Shown in pieces: positions 40,145 through 49,668 of a DNA stretch of 64,000 bases. The stretch's first letter is position 1; the number at the start of each line of letters is the position of its first letter. The translations under genes were made by a program, and so were the position numbers. This stretch comes from an uncultured Gaiellaceae bacterium (GTDB taxonomy: Bacteria; Actinomycetota; Thermoleophilia; Gaiellales; Gaiellaceae). The stretch spans positions 528,821 through 592,820 of the forward strand of contig CAWDZG010000002.1 of assembly GCA_963806955.1 (NCBI GenBank). Reading direction: 5' to 3'. The notes below the pieces were generated by a model. It did no database searches. It was not told the DNA's origin and was given only the letters and a program-made list of their open reading frames with translations.

Positions 40145-42213
40145 CGGCGCCCGGCGCCGCGCGGGTCGGCGTCGACGTCGGCGGCACGTTCACCGACGTG
40201 ATCCTCCAGGGCGACGACGGGCGCGTGCTGGTGCGCAAGCTCCTCTCCACCCCTCCCCGCTACGACCGGGCGGTGGTCGAGGCCGTCGGCGCCCTGGCGG
40301 AGGCCGACGGCGGCACGGTCACCGAGGTCGTCCACGGCACCACGGTGGCGACGAACGCCGTGCTCGAGCGGCGCGGCAGCCCGACGGCGCTCGTGACGAC
40401 GAAGGGCTTCCGCGACGTGCTCGAGCTGCGGCGGCTGCGGATCCCGCACATGTACGACCTCTTCTGGCGCAAGCCGGCACCGCTCGTCGAGCGCCGCCTC
40501 CGCTTCGAGCTCGACGAGCGCGTGACCGCCGACGGCACCGTCCTGCGCCCGTTCGACGAGGCCGAGTGCCGCGCGCTCGCCGGCCGTCTGCGCGCGACCG
40601 GCGTCGAGTCGATCGCGGTCTGCTTCCTCCACTCGTACCTCCACCCCGGCCACGAAGAGCGCGCGGGCGAGATCCTCGCCGAGGAGCTGCCCGGCGCGAC
40701 GATCTCGCTCTCGAGCGCGATCCTGCGCGAGCAGCGCGAGTACGAGCGCTCCGCCACGACCGTCGTCAACGCGTACGTGCGGCCGCTGATGTCGTCGTAC
40801 GTCGACCGGATCCGCACCGGCCTCGACGAGCTCGGCCTCGACGGGCCGCTGCAGATCATGCAGTCGTCCGGCGGCGTGATGACCTCCGACGACACGAAGC
40901 TGAAGCCCGTCTTCGCGCTCGAGTCCGGCCCGGCCGCGGGAGTGGTCGCCGCCCGCGGCGTCGCCGAGCAGCTCGGGCTCGCAAACGTGATCGCGTTCGA
41001 CATGGGCGGCACGACCGCGAAGGCGTCGCTGATCGAGGACGGCGCGATCTCGCGCGGCCGCGAGTACGAGGTCGGCGGCTCGATGTCCGCGGGCAGCCGG
41101 CTGATCCGCGGTGCGGGCGAGCTGCTGCGGATCCCCACGATCGACATCGCCGAGGTCGGCGCCGGCGGCGGCAGCATCGCGTGGATCGACCCGGCCGGGG
41201 GGCTCCAGGTCGGCCCGCGCAGCGCGGGCGCCGATCCCGGGCCGGCCTGCTACGGACGCGGTGGGATCGAGCCGACGGTGACGGACGCCAATGTCGTGCT
41301 CGGCTTCATCCCCGAGGGCACCGTTGCGGACGGCCAGATCGAGATCGTGCGCGAGCTGGCGGAAGAGGCGGTCCGCCACGTCGCCGGGCCGCTCGGCCTG
41401 ACCATGCTGGAGGCCGCGAGCGGGATCCACCGGATCGCGAACGCGCGGATGGTGCGAGCGCTGCGCTCGGTCTCCTCCGAGAAGGGCCGCGATCCGCGCG
41501 AGTTCGCGCTGATCGCCTACGGCGGCTCCGGCCCGATCCACGCGGGCGGGCTCGCAGAGGACCTCGGCGTGCGCACGATTCTCGTCCCGGCGGTCGCCGG
41601 TCTCTTCAGCGCCGTCGGCCTCCTCTTCGCCAGGCCGGAGTTCCACGAGGTGCGCACCTGTCATCTCGACCTCGACGGAGGCGACCCGGACTCGGTCGCC
41701 GCGCTCCTCGCAGAGATGGAGGCACGGCTCGCACCTGCGCTCGCCGGCCGCGACGACGTCGAGTGGGCCCGCAGCGCCGACCTCCGCTACGGCGGCCAGA
41801 GCTGGGAGATCGAGGTCGAGCTGGCGCCCGGCCCGGTCGATCGCGCCGCTCTCACCGAGCTGCGCGAGCGCTTCGAGCAGGCGCACGAACGGCTCTACGG
41901 CGTGCGCGACCAGCCCGGCTCGCCGGTGGAGATCCGGGCCGTGCGGCTGGCGGCGCTCGGTGCGTCGGCGGCGTCCTCGTCGTTCCGCTTCGACGACGCG
42001 CGCGGCGAGGCCGGCTCGCAGATCAGACGGGTCGACATCGACGGCGACGAGCTCGATGCCCCGATCCGGCGTCGCCGCGACATCGGCGCGGCGCCCGAGC
42101 CCGGGCCGCTCCTCGTCGACGAGTACGACACGACCGTGATCGTCCGGCCCGGCTGGAGCGTCCGCCGCGACGAGGGCACCGGCACGCTGATCCTGGAGCG
42201 GGCCGATGCCTGA
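40141..42213 (+). CDS. hyuA: hydantoinase/oxoprolinase family, A (HyuA-type) subunit, copy 1
   Basis: RVGVDVGGTFTDV, FDMGGTTAK and AEVGAGGGSIAW are ASKHA-fold motifs of Hydantoinase_A. GTGA overlap upstream. Confidence 0.9.
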   Translation: MTAPGAARVGVDVGGTFTDVILQGDDGRVLVRKLLSTPPRYDRAVVEAVGALAEADGGTVTEVVHGTTVATNAVLERRGSPTALVTTKGFRDVLELRRLRIPHMYDLFWRKPAPLVERRLRFELDERVTADGTVLRPFDEAECRALAGRLRATGVESIAVCFLHSYLHPGHEERAGEILAEELPGATISLSSAILREQREYERSATTVVNAYVRPLMSSYVDRIRTGLDELGLDGPLQIMQSSGGVMTSDDTKLKPVFALESGPAAGVVAARGVAEQLGLANVIAFDMGGTTAKASLIEDGAISRGREYEVGGSMSAGSRLIRGAGELLRIPTIDIAEVGAGGGSIAWIDPAGGLQVGPRSAGADPGPACYGRGGIEPTVTDANVVLGFIPEGTVADGQIEIVRELAEEAVRHVAGPLGLTMLEAASGIHRIANARMVRALRSVSSEKGRDPREFALIAYGGSGPIHAGGLAEDLGVRTILVPAVAGLFSAVGLLFARPEFHEVRTCHLDLDGGDPDSVAALLAEMEARLAPALAGRDDVEWARSADLRYGGQSWEIEVELAPGPVDRAALTELRERFEQAHERLYGVRDQPGSPVEIRAVRLAALGASAASSSFRFDDARGEAGSQIRRVDIDGDELDAPIRRRRDIGAAPEPGPLLVDEYDTTVIVRPGWSVRRDEGTGTLILERADA

Positions 42214-43942
42214 GACGACCGCCCGGGTCGATCCCGTCACGCTCCAGATCGCCGGGAACGCGCTCGCCTCCGCGGCGGACGAGATGGCGACGACGATCTT
42301 CCGCACCGCGCACTCGAGCGTCGTCCGTGACGGGATGGACTTCTCCGCGAGCATCTGCGACGCGCTGGGCCGCACGGTCGCCCAGGCCGTGACCGTCCCC
42401 TTCCATCTCGGCTCGATCCCGGTCGCGATGGACGCGCTGCTCGCACGCTACGGCGGCCGGATGCAGCCGGGCGACGTCTTCCTGATGAACGACCCGTTCG
42501 ACGGCGGCATCCACCTGCAGGACCTGTTCGTCTTCAAGCCCGTCCACTTCGAGGGCGAGCTGATCGGCTTCACCTGCACGACCGCCCACCACGGCGACGT
42601 CGGCGGGCGCCTCCCCGGCTCGAGCGCGTGCGACAACACCGAGATCTTCCAGGAGGGGATCCGCCTGCCGTGGCTGCGGCTCTACGCGGCGGGCGAGCCC
42701 GTCGAGGACGTGTTCAAGATCGTCGAGGCGAACGTCCGGATCCCGCGGATGACGTTCGGCGACCTCGGCGCGCAGGTGGCGGCCTGCTCGGTCGCCGAGC
42801 GCGCCCTCGTCGGGCTGGCCGAGCGCCACGGCCGGGAGCAGCTCGCGCTGCTCTGCGACGCGCTGATCGACCACACCGAGCAGCTCGTCCGGCAGGAGAT
42901 CGCCACCTGGCCGGACGGGACTGCCTCGTTCACTGACTATCTCGGCTCCGACGGGATCGACGTCGTCGACGTGCCGATCACCGCGCACGTGACGATCGCG
43001 GGCGACGAGGTCACCGCCGACCTGACCGACTCGGCGCCGATGGTGCGCGGCTCGCTGAACAGCACGCGCTCCTTCGTGCAGGCCTGCGTCTACCAGGCCG
43101 TGCGCGCCGCGCTGACGGTGGAGGTGCCGAACACCTCGGGCGCGTTCCGGCCGATCCACGTGCTGACGAAGCCCGGCACGGTCGCCGAGGTGGTGATGCC
43201 CGGCGCGTCCTCGATGCGCGGCGTCACCGGCTTCCGCGTGCTCGACGCCGTCAACGGCGCGCTCGCGCAGCTGATCCCCGACCGGGTCGCCGCTGCGGGC
43301 GAGGGCGGCAACACGCTCGCGATCTTCGGCGCCGAGCGCCCCGAGGGGGGCCGTTTCGTCTTCTATGAGCTGGTCGTCGGCACGTGGGGCGCGACCCCGG
43401 AGGCCGACGGCAACGACGGCCTGACAAACCCCGCGAGCCTCGCGGCGAACGTCCCCGTCGAGGTCGCCGAGCAGGAGTATCCGATCCTGGTCGAGCGCTA
43501 CGGGCTCGTACCCGACTCGGGGGGCGCCGGCCTCCATCGCGGCGGGCTCGCGGTCGAGCGCGTCTGGCGCTGCCTGACGCCCCGCACCTCGCTGATCGTC
43601 CGCTCCGACCGGGCGAAGCACGCGCCCTACGGTCTGGCCGGCGGCGGGAAGGGTGCGACCTCGAGCAATCTGCTCGTGCATCCGGGCGGGAGCGAGGACG
43701 TGCTGCCGCCGATGTTCTCGACCGAGATCGGCATCGGCGATGTCTATGCGCACCGCACCGCGGGCGGCGGCGGCTGGGGCGATCCGCTCGAGCGCGACGT
43801 GGCCGCGGTCGCCCGCGACGTCGTCGACGAGAAGGTCAGCGTCGAGGCGGCGCTGGAGCTCTACGCCGTCGCGCTCGACGCGGACGGAGTTGTCGACCAC
43901 GAACACACGACGGCTCTGAGAGCCGAGAGGAGGAACGCGTGA
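42206..43942 (+). CDS. hyuB: hydantoinase B/oxoprolinase family, B (HyuB-type) subunit, copy 1
   Basis: 578 aa. DPVTLQIAGNAL...NDPFDGGIHLQD...TAHHGDVGG...GGGGWGDP is typical of Hydantoinase_B. Confidence 0.9.
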   Translation: MPETTARVDPVTLQIAGNALASAADEMATTIFRTAHSSVVRDGMDFSASICDALGRTVAQAVTVPFHLGSIPVAMDALLARYGGRMQPGDVFLMNDPFDGGIHLQDLFVFKPVHFEGELIGFTCTTAHHGDVGGRLPGSSACDNTEIFQEGIRLPWLRLYAAGEPVEDVFKIVEANVRIPRMTFGDLGAQVAACSVAERALVGLAERHGREQLALLCDALIDHTEQLVRQEIATWPDGTASFTDYLGSDGIDVVDVPITAHVTIAGDEVTADLTDSAPMVRGSLNSTRSFVQACVYQAVRAALTVEVPNTSGAFRPIHVLTKPGTVAEVVMPGASSMRGVTGFRVLDAVNGALAQLIPDRVAAAGEGGNTLAIFGAERPEGGRFVFYELVVGTWGATPEADGNDGLTNPASLAANVPVEVAEQEYPILVERYGLVPDSGGAGLHRGGLAVERVWRCLTPRTSLIVRSDRAKHAPYGLAGGGKGATSSNLLVHPGGSEDVLPPMFSTEIGIGDVYAHRTAGGGGWGDPLERDVAAVARDVVDEKVSVEAALELYAVALDADGVVDHEHTTALRAERRNA

Positions 43943-45130
43943 TCACGAAGGCCGACGCGGTCGTGATCGGAGGAGGGATCATCGGCGCGAGCACCGCCCA
44001 CTTCCTGACGGAGCTCGGCTTCGGCGAAGTCGCGCTCGTGGAGAAGTCGACGATCTGCGGCGGCTCGACGCAGTACTCCGCCGCGCACGTGCGCCAGCAC
44101 TATTCGAACGAGGTCGCGATCCGGCTCGCCGTGCGCGGCGCCGAGATGTTCGCGGACGCCGCGGAACGGCTCGGCGGCCCGGCGGGGTTCGTCCAGTGCG
44201 GCTACGCGGTGATCGCGCCGGCCGACCAGGAGCAGGCGATCCGCGACGTCGTCCCGGTACAGCAGTCGTTCGGGGTCCAGACCGAGATCCTGAGCCCGGA
44301 GGAGGTGCAGCACCGCTGGCCGGAGCTGGACGTGGAGGGGATCGCGCTCGGCTGCTTACGAGCGAACGTCCGGGTACGCCGACCCCGTCCTGACGACACA
44401 GTCGCTCGTCGGGTCGGCACAGGCGAAGGGGCTTCACGTCTACGAGGGCTGCACGGCGCTCGACATCACCGTCGCTGGAGGGCGGGTCGCGGCCGTCGTC
44501 ACGGGTGACGGGACGATCGCAACCGGGGTCGTCGTCAACGCGTGCGGGCCCTGGGGTGACAGGATCGGCCGGATGGTCGGGATCGACTATCCGCTCACGT
44601 TCAGCCGCGAGCACGAGGCGATCTTCGACGCGCCCGAGGGCTTCGGGGAGCTCCCGGTCATGTCCGACGCGGCGCAGCAGCTCTACTTCCGCCTTTACGG
44701 CGACGCAAAGGTGCTCGTCGGCCAGGGCTGGCCGAAGCAGAAGGAGCCGGCCGATCCGGAGGACTACGACGACGGCACGGACGCCGAGCACCTCGACTGG
44801 ATGGTGCCGAGGCTGGTGAACCGGCTGCCGTCGCTGCGGCCGACGCTCGGAGCCGAGAACTACGGCGGCACGTTCGTCACGGGCTACTCGGGCGTCTACG
44901 ACATCACCGAGGACTGGTACCCGATCGTCGGCGAGGAGGAGGTCGGCGGCTACTACTCGGCGTTCGGCGGGAGCGGCCACTGCTTCAAGCTCGGCCCGGC
45001 GCTGGGCGAGTCGCTCGCGCACGTGATCGCCGGGCACGAGCCGCCGATCGACATCTCGGGCCTCTCGGGCTCGCGCTTCGCCGAGGGAAAGACATTCGGC
45101 TCGGTCTGGGGGCCCGGGAACCGCGCGTGA
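43939..45130 (+). pseudogene. FAD-dependent oxidoreductase (DAO / SoxB-like), one frameshift near 44350
   Basis: ADAVVIGGGIIGASTAHFL in frame 43384..44508. YERTSGYADPVLTT...GFGGSGHCFKLGPALG in the 44573..45130 frame. Confidence 0.7.
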
Positions 45131-46222
45131 AGATCACGTCCGTCACCGCGACGCCGCTCGCAATCCCGCTCGAGCAGCCGTTCCACTGGCGCTCGGGCGT
45201 GCAGGAGCGCGCACACCTCGTCCTCTTCGCCGTCGAGACCGACGCGGGCGCGACGGGCTACGGCGAGTCGATCTGCGAGGACACGGCGGCGGTCGTCTCG
45301 TACGGGAACCTGATGGCGGCAGCGTTCGTCGGCCGCTCGCCGGGCGACGTCGAGGCGATCCTGGGCGAGCTCTGGCGCGACGGGCGCTGGCGCTTCTATC
45401 CGCACTGGTCGCAGCAGATCGCGAGCGGGATCGAGGTCGCGTGCTGGGATGCGCTCGGCAAGGCGCTCGGCGTGCCGGCGTCGACGTTCCTCGGCGGCCG
45501 CGTCCGGGACGAGGTCGACTTCATGGCCTTCCCGCAGGGCGACACGGCCGAGGAGCTCGCGCGGCATGCGGCCGAGCTTGCGGCCGCCGGCCACCGCGTC
45601 GTCTATCTCAAGGTCGGCCGGCGCCGGGCGCGACGACGAGGAGATCGTCGCGGCGGTGCGGGACGCGATCGGGCCCGAGCCGCTCCTGCGCGTCGACGCG
45701 AACGAGGCCTGGGACGTGCCGACCGCGATCGACGCCATCCGCCGGCTGGCCGAGTACGACCTCGACTGGGTCGAACAGCCGGTCGCGGCGGGGAACGTGA
45801 GCGGGCTCGCCCAGGTGCGGCGCGCGGTCTCGACGAGGATCGCCGCCGACCAGGCCGTCTACACGGCGCACGAGCTGCGCAACGTGCTCGAGAGCGAGGC
45901 GGCCGACGCGATCGTGCTCGGCAGCCACGAGGCCGGCGGGCTCTGGCGCTGGCGCCAGCTCGCCCACCTGGCCGAGGCGCACGGGATCCCGGTCAACCGC
46001 CACGCCTGCGTCGAGAGCTCGATCTCCACCTTCGCGGCGCTGCAGCTGACGGCCTGCGTGCCCAACCTGACGCTCGGCAACCAGGTGATGCACCAGCTGC
46101 TCGCCGGGCAGCTCGTGACCACGCCGCTCGATCTCGGCGGCGGCCGCGTGATGGTTCCCGACGGACCAGGGCTCGGCTTCGACCTCGACCACGACGCGGT
46201 CGAGAGGTACACGGTCCGGTGA
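45127..46222 (+). pseudogene. enolase-superfamily enzyme (mandelate racemase / muconate lactonizing family), one frameshift near 45620
   Basis: N-terminal capping domain (KITSVTATPLAIPLEQPF...) in frame 45127. Barrel domain with metal-ligand contexts RVDANEAWD, LDWVEQP and IAADQ in frame 45449..46222. Confidence 0.7.
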
Positions 46223-47871
46223 TGGATCCGATCACGTTCGAGGTGATCCGGAACGCGCTCGTCGCCGCGACCGACGAGATGGTGCTGGCGCTGAAGCGGA
46301 GCGCCTACTCGACGAACATCAAGACGCGCTCCGACTTCTCCTGCGCCTTCTTCGACGCCGAGCTGCGGGCGGTGGCCCAGGGCTTCACGCAGCCGGTCCA
46401 TCTCGGCTCGATGGTCGAGCAGGTGCCGCGGGCGGTGCGCGACTACGGCCCCGACGAGCTCGGGCCCGGCGACGTGCTGATCACGAACGACCCCTACCCG
46501 AGCGGCGTGCACCTGAACGACGTCTCGCTGATCTCGCCCGTCCACCACGAGGGCGAGCTGCTCGGCTACGTCGCGAACCTCGCCCACCACGTCGACGTCG
46601 GCGGCGGCGCGCCCGCCTCGATCGGCGCCTTCCGGGAGGTCTTCCAGGAGGGCGTGATCATCCCGCCCGTGAAGGTCGTCGAGGGCGGCCGGATCGTCGA
46701 GGACGTGTTCGCGCTGATCCTCGCCCAGATCCGCTCGAAGCACGAGACGGCAGGGGACTTCCGCGCCCAGATCGCGGCGAACACGACCGGGGTCCGGCGC
46801 CTCGGTGCGCTCGCCGACCGCCACGGCCGCGCAACGCTCGTGGCGGCGATGGCGGAGCTGCTCGACTACACCGAACGACGTACGCGATCTGCGATCGCAA
46901 ATCTGCCACACGGTGTTTACGACGCCGTGGGCACGGTCGACACCGACGGCTACACGGACGAGCCCGTCCGGCTGGCGGCGCGGATCGAGATCGGCCCCGA
47001 CGGCGTCGCGTTCGACCTCGCCGGCTCCGACCCGCAGCGGCGGGCACCGGTCAACTCGACGTACGCGCAGACGTTCTCCGCCTGCGCGTACGCGCTCAAG
47101 TGCCTGGTCGACGCCGACCTGCCCGTGAACGACGGCTTCTACCGGCTCGTGTCGCTCGAGGCGCCGCTCGGCAGCGTCACCAACTGCACGTGGCCGAGCC
47201 CGGTCGTGGGCGGCTGGGAGACGCAGACGCGGCTCGTCGACGTGATCTTCCGCGCGCTCCTGCCGGCCTTCCCCGACCGCCTGCCCGCCGGGACGAAGGC
47301 GATGATGTGCCACGCCGGCTTCGGCGGCGTCGACCCGGCGACGAACGCGTACTACTGCTTCCTCGAGACCTTCGGCGGCGGCTACGGCGCCCGGTCGGCG
47401 AGCGACGGCCCGGACGCCGTCCAGGCCCACGGGCAGAACACCGAGAACGCGCCGGTCGAGGAGACCGAGCTGAACTACCCGGTGCGCGTGACGCGCCTCT
47501 CGCTGGTCGACGACTCCGCAGGGCCGGGCCGATTCCGCGGCGGGCTCGGACTGCGGAAGGACTTCCGCTTCGACAGGCCGACCACGTTCACCGTCCTGGC
47601 CGACCGCACGAGTCACGGCCCCGCCGGCGCGTTCGGAGGCGGCGCAGGCGCGCCGGCGGAGTACGTCCTGATCCGCGACGGCGAGGAGCGGCGCCTGCCC
47701 GCGAAGGGGACGGTCGAGCTGCAGGCGGGCGACACGGTCAGCTACCGCACGTGCGGCGGCGGCGGCTACGGGCCGCCGGCGGAGCGCGACCGCGAGCTGG
47801 TCGCGCGCGACGTCCGCGAGGGCAAGGTCAGCCCCGAGCAGGCCCGGGAGGCGTACGCGTGGCAGGGATGA
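46222..47871 (+). CDS. hyuB: hydantoinase B/oxoprolinase family subunit, copy 2
   Basis: MDPITFEVIRNALVAATDEM...NDPYPSGVHLND...LAHHVDVGGG...CGGGGYGPP. An alternative GTG at 46219 gives a GTGA overlap. Confidence 0.9.
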   Translation: MDPITFEVIRNALVAATDEMVLALKRSAYSTNIKTRSDFSCAFFDAELRAVAQGFTQPVHLGSMVEQVPRAVRDYGPDELGPGDVLITNDPYPSGVHLNDVSLISPVHHEGELLGYVANLAHHVDVGGGAPASIGAFREVFQEGVIIPPVKVVEGGRIVEDVFALILAQIRSKHETAGDFRAQIAANTTGVRRLGALADRHGRATLVAAMAELLDYTERRTRSAIANLPHGVYDAVGTVDTDGYTDEPVRLAARIEIGPDGVAFDLAGSDPQRRAPVNSTYAQTFSACAYALKCLVDADLPVNDGFYRLVSLEAPLGSVTNCTWPSPVVGGWETQTRLVDVIFRALLPAFPDRLPAGTKAMMCHAGFGGVDPATNAYYCFLETFGGGYGARSASDGPDAVQAHGQNTENAPVEETELNYPVRVTRLSLVDDSAGPGRFRGGLGLRKDFRFDRPTTFTVLADRTSHGPAGAFGGGAGAPAEYVLIRDGEERRLPAKGTVELQAGDTVSYRTCGGGGYGPPAERDRELVARDVREGKVSPEQAREAYAWQG

Positions 47872-49574
47872 CCGTCGACCCGATCACGTTCGAGGTGCTC
47901 CGGAACGCGCTCGTCGCCGCGACCGACGAGATGGTGCTGGCGCTGAAGCGAAGCGCCTACTCCACGAACATCAAGACGCGCTCGGACTTCTCCTGCGCCT
48001 TCTTCGACGCCGAGCTGCGCCCCGTCGCCCAGGGCTTCACCCAGCCCGTCCACCTCGGCTCGATGGTCGAGCAGGTGCCGAAGGCTGTCCGGACGTACGG
48101 CCCCGAGCGGCTCGGCCCCGGCGACGTGATCGTCACCAACGACCCGCACCCGAGCGGCGTGCACCTGAACGACGTCAGCCTGATCTCACCGGTGCACGAC
48201 GGCGACCTCCTGATCGGCTACGTCGCGAACCTCGCCCACCACGTCGACGTCGGCGGCGGCGCACCCGCGTCGATCGGCGCGTTCCGGGAGGTCTTCCAGG
48301 AGGGCGTGATCATCCCGCCGATCAGGCTCGTCGAGGGTGGCAGGATCGTGCAGGACGTCTTCCGGCTGATCCTGGCGCAGATCCGCTCGAAGCACGAGAC
48401 GGGCGGCGACTTCCGGGCGCAGATCGCCGCGAACGCGACCGGCGTCCGCCGGGTGCAGGCGCTCGTCGCGCGCCACGGGCGCGAGACGGTGCTCGCCGCG
48501 ATGGACGAGCTGCTCGAGTACACCGAGCGGCGAACGCGCTCCGAGCTCGCGAAGCTGCCGCACGGCGTCTGGTCGGCCGAGGGCTCCGTCGACAACGACG
48601 GCTACACCGACGAGCCGGTACGGCTGCGCGTGCGGATCGAGATCGGGCCGGAGGGCGTGATCTTCAGCACCGCCGGCTCCGACCTGCAGCGGCGCGCGCC
48701 CGTCAACTCGACGTGGGCGATGACGTTCTCCGCGTGCGCGTACGCGTTCAAGTGCCTGATCGACCCCGACCTGCCCGTGAACGACGGCTTCTACCGGCTC
48801 GTCCACCTCGACGCGCCCCCCGGCACCGTCACGAACGCCAGCTGGCCGGCCCCTGTCGTCGGCGGCTGGGAGACGCAGACGCGCCTCGTCGACGTGATGT
48901 TCAAGGCGCTGCTGCCGGCCTTCCCCGAGCGGCTGCCCGCGGGGACGAAGGCGATGATGTGCCAGGCCGGCTTCGGCTCGCTCGACGTCGAAGCCGGGAC
49001 GTACACCTGCTTCTACGACACGTTCGCGGGCGGGTACGGCGGCCGCTTCTCGAGCGACGGGCCGGATGCCGTCCAGGCCCACGGCCAGAACACCGAGAAC
49101 GCACCCGTCGAGGAGACGGAGCTGAACTACCCGGTGCGGATCGACCGGCTCTCGCTGGTGGAGGACTCGGACGGGCCCGGCCGCTTCCGCGGCGGGCTCG
49201 GCCTGCGCAAGGACTACCGCTTCGACCTGCACACCACCTTCACGGTGCTCGCCGACCGCGACCGAAGCGGCCCGTGGGGCGTCCTCGGCGGCAGCGACGG
49301 CCGGGTCGCGGAGTACCGGCACATCCGCGACGGCGTCGAGACGCGGCTCGGCTCGAAGTGCACGATCGAGCTCGTGCCCGGCGACGTGATCAGCGTCCGC
49401 ACGTGCGGCGGCGGCGGCTACGGGCCGGCCGCCGAGCGGGAGCCCGAGCGCGTCCTCCGCGACGTGCGCGAGGGCAAGGTCAGCGCCGAGCGCGCCCGGG
49501 AGCACTACCGGGTCGCGATCGACGGGGCCTGCATCGACGAGACCGCGACGGCCGAGCTCCGGGGGAGCGCGTGA
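47868..49574 (+). CDS. hyuB: hydantoinase B/oxoprolinase family subunit, copy 3 (tandem paralog of copy 2)
   Basis: ATGA overlap with copy 2. Long runs are identical to copy 2 (LVAATDEMVLALKRSAYSTNIKTRSDFSCAFFDAELR; YVANLAHHVDVGGGAPASIGAFREVFQEGVIIPP). Confidence 0.9.
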   Translation: MTVDPITFEVLRNALVAATDEMVLALKRSAYSTNIKTRSDFSCAFFDAELRPVAQGFTQPVHLGSMVEQVPKAVRTYGPERLGPGDVIVTNDPHPSGVHLNDVSLISPVHDGDLLIGYVANLAHHVDVGGGAPASIGAFREVFQEGVIIPPIRLVEGGRIVQDVFRLILAQIRSKHETGGDFRAQIAANATGVRRVQALVARHGRETVLAAMDELLEYTERRTRSELAKLPHGVWSAEGSVDNDGYTDEPVRLRVRIEIGPEGVIFSTAGSDLQRRAPVNSTWAMTFSACAYAFKCLIDPDLPVNDGFYRLVHLDAPPGTVTNASWPAPVVGGWETQTRLVDVMFKALLPAFPERLPAGTKAMMCQAGFGSLDVEAGTYTCFYDTFAGGYGGRFSSDGPDAVQAHGQNTENAPVEETELNYPVRIDRLSLVEDSDGPGRFRGGLGLRKDYRFDLHTTFTVLADRDRSGPWGVLGGSDGRVAEYRHIRDGVETRLGSKCTIELVPGDVISVRTCGGGGYGPAAEREPERVLRDVREGKVSAERAREHYRVAIDGACIDETATAELRGSA

Positions 49575-49599
49575 AGCTTGTGACTGATAGACACAAGCT
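49575..49599. repeat. hairpin repeat copy 1: AGCTTGTG-ACTGATAGA-CACAAGCT
   Basis: 8-bp perfect stem and 9-nt loop. The central 23 nt are identical to copy 2, which lies 60 bp downstream. Confidence 0.8.
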
Positions 49600-49634
49600 C
49601 CCTTTCGAGCACGCAACCATGCGGGAAGGAGGGG

Positions 49635-49659
49635 CGCTTGTGACTGATAGACACAAGCG
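49635..49659. repeat. hairpin repeat copy 2: CGCTTGTG-ACTGATAGA-CACAAGCG
   Basis: Same 23-nt core. The outermost pair is C-G instead of A-T, so pairing is preserved. GGAGG at 49628-49632 lies 7 nt upstream of the GTG at 49640 in the left arm. Confidence 0.8.
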
Positions 49660-49668
49660 GTCGTCGGC

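Noticed and set aside
49575-49659. Whether the two identical 23-nt palindromic repeats with a 37-nt spacer are a minimal CRISPR array.
   Set aside because: There are only two copies, no cas genes in the window, and the repeats sit inside an operon between coupled genes. A structural or regulatory element or small repeat insertion is more likely.
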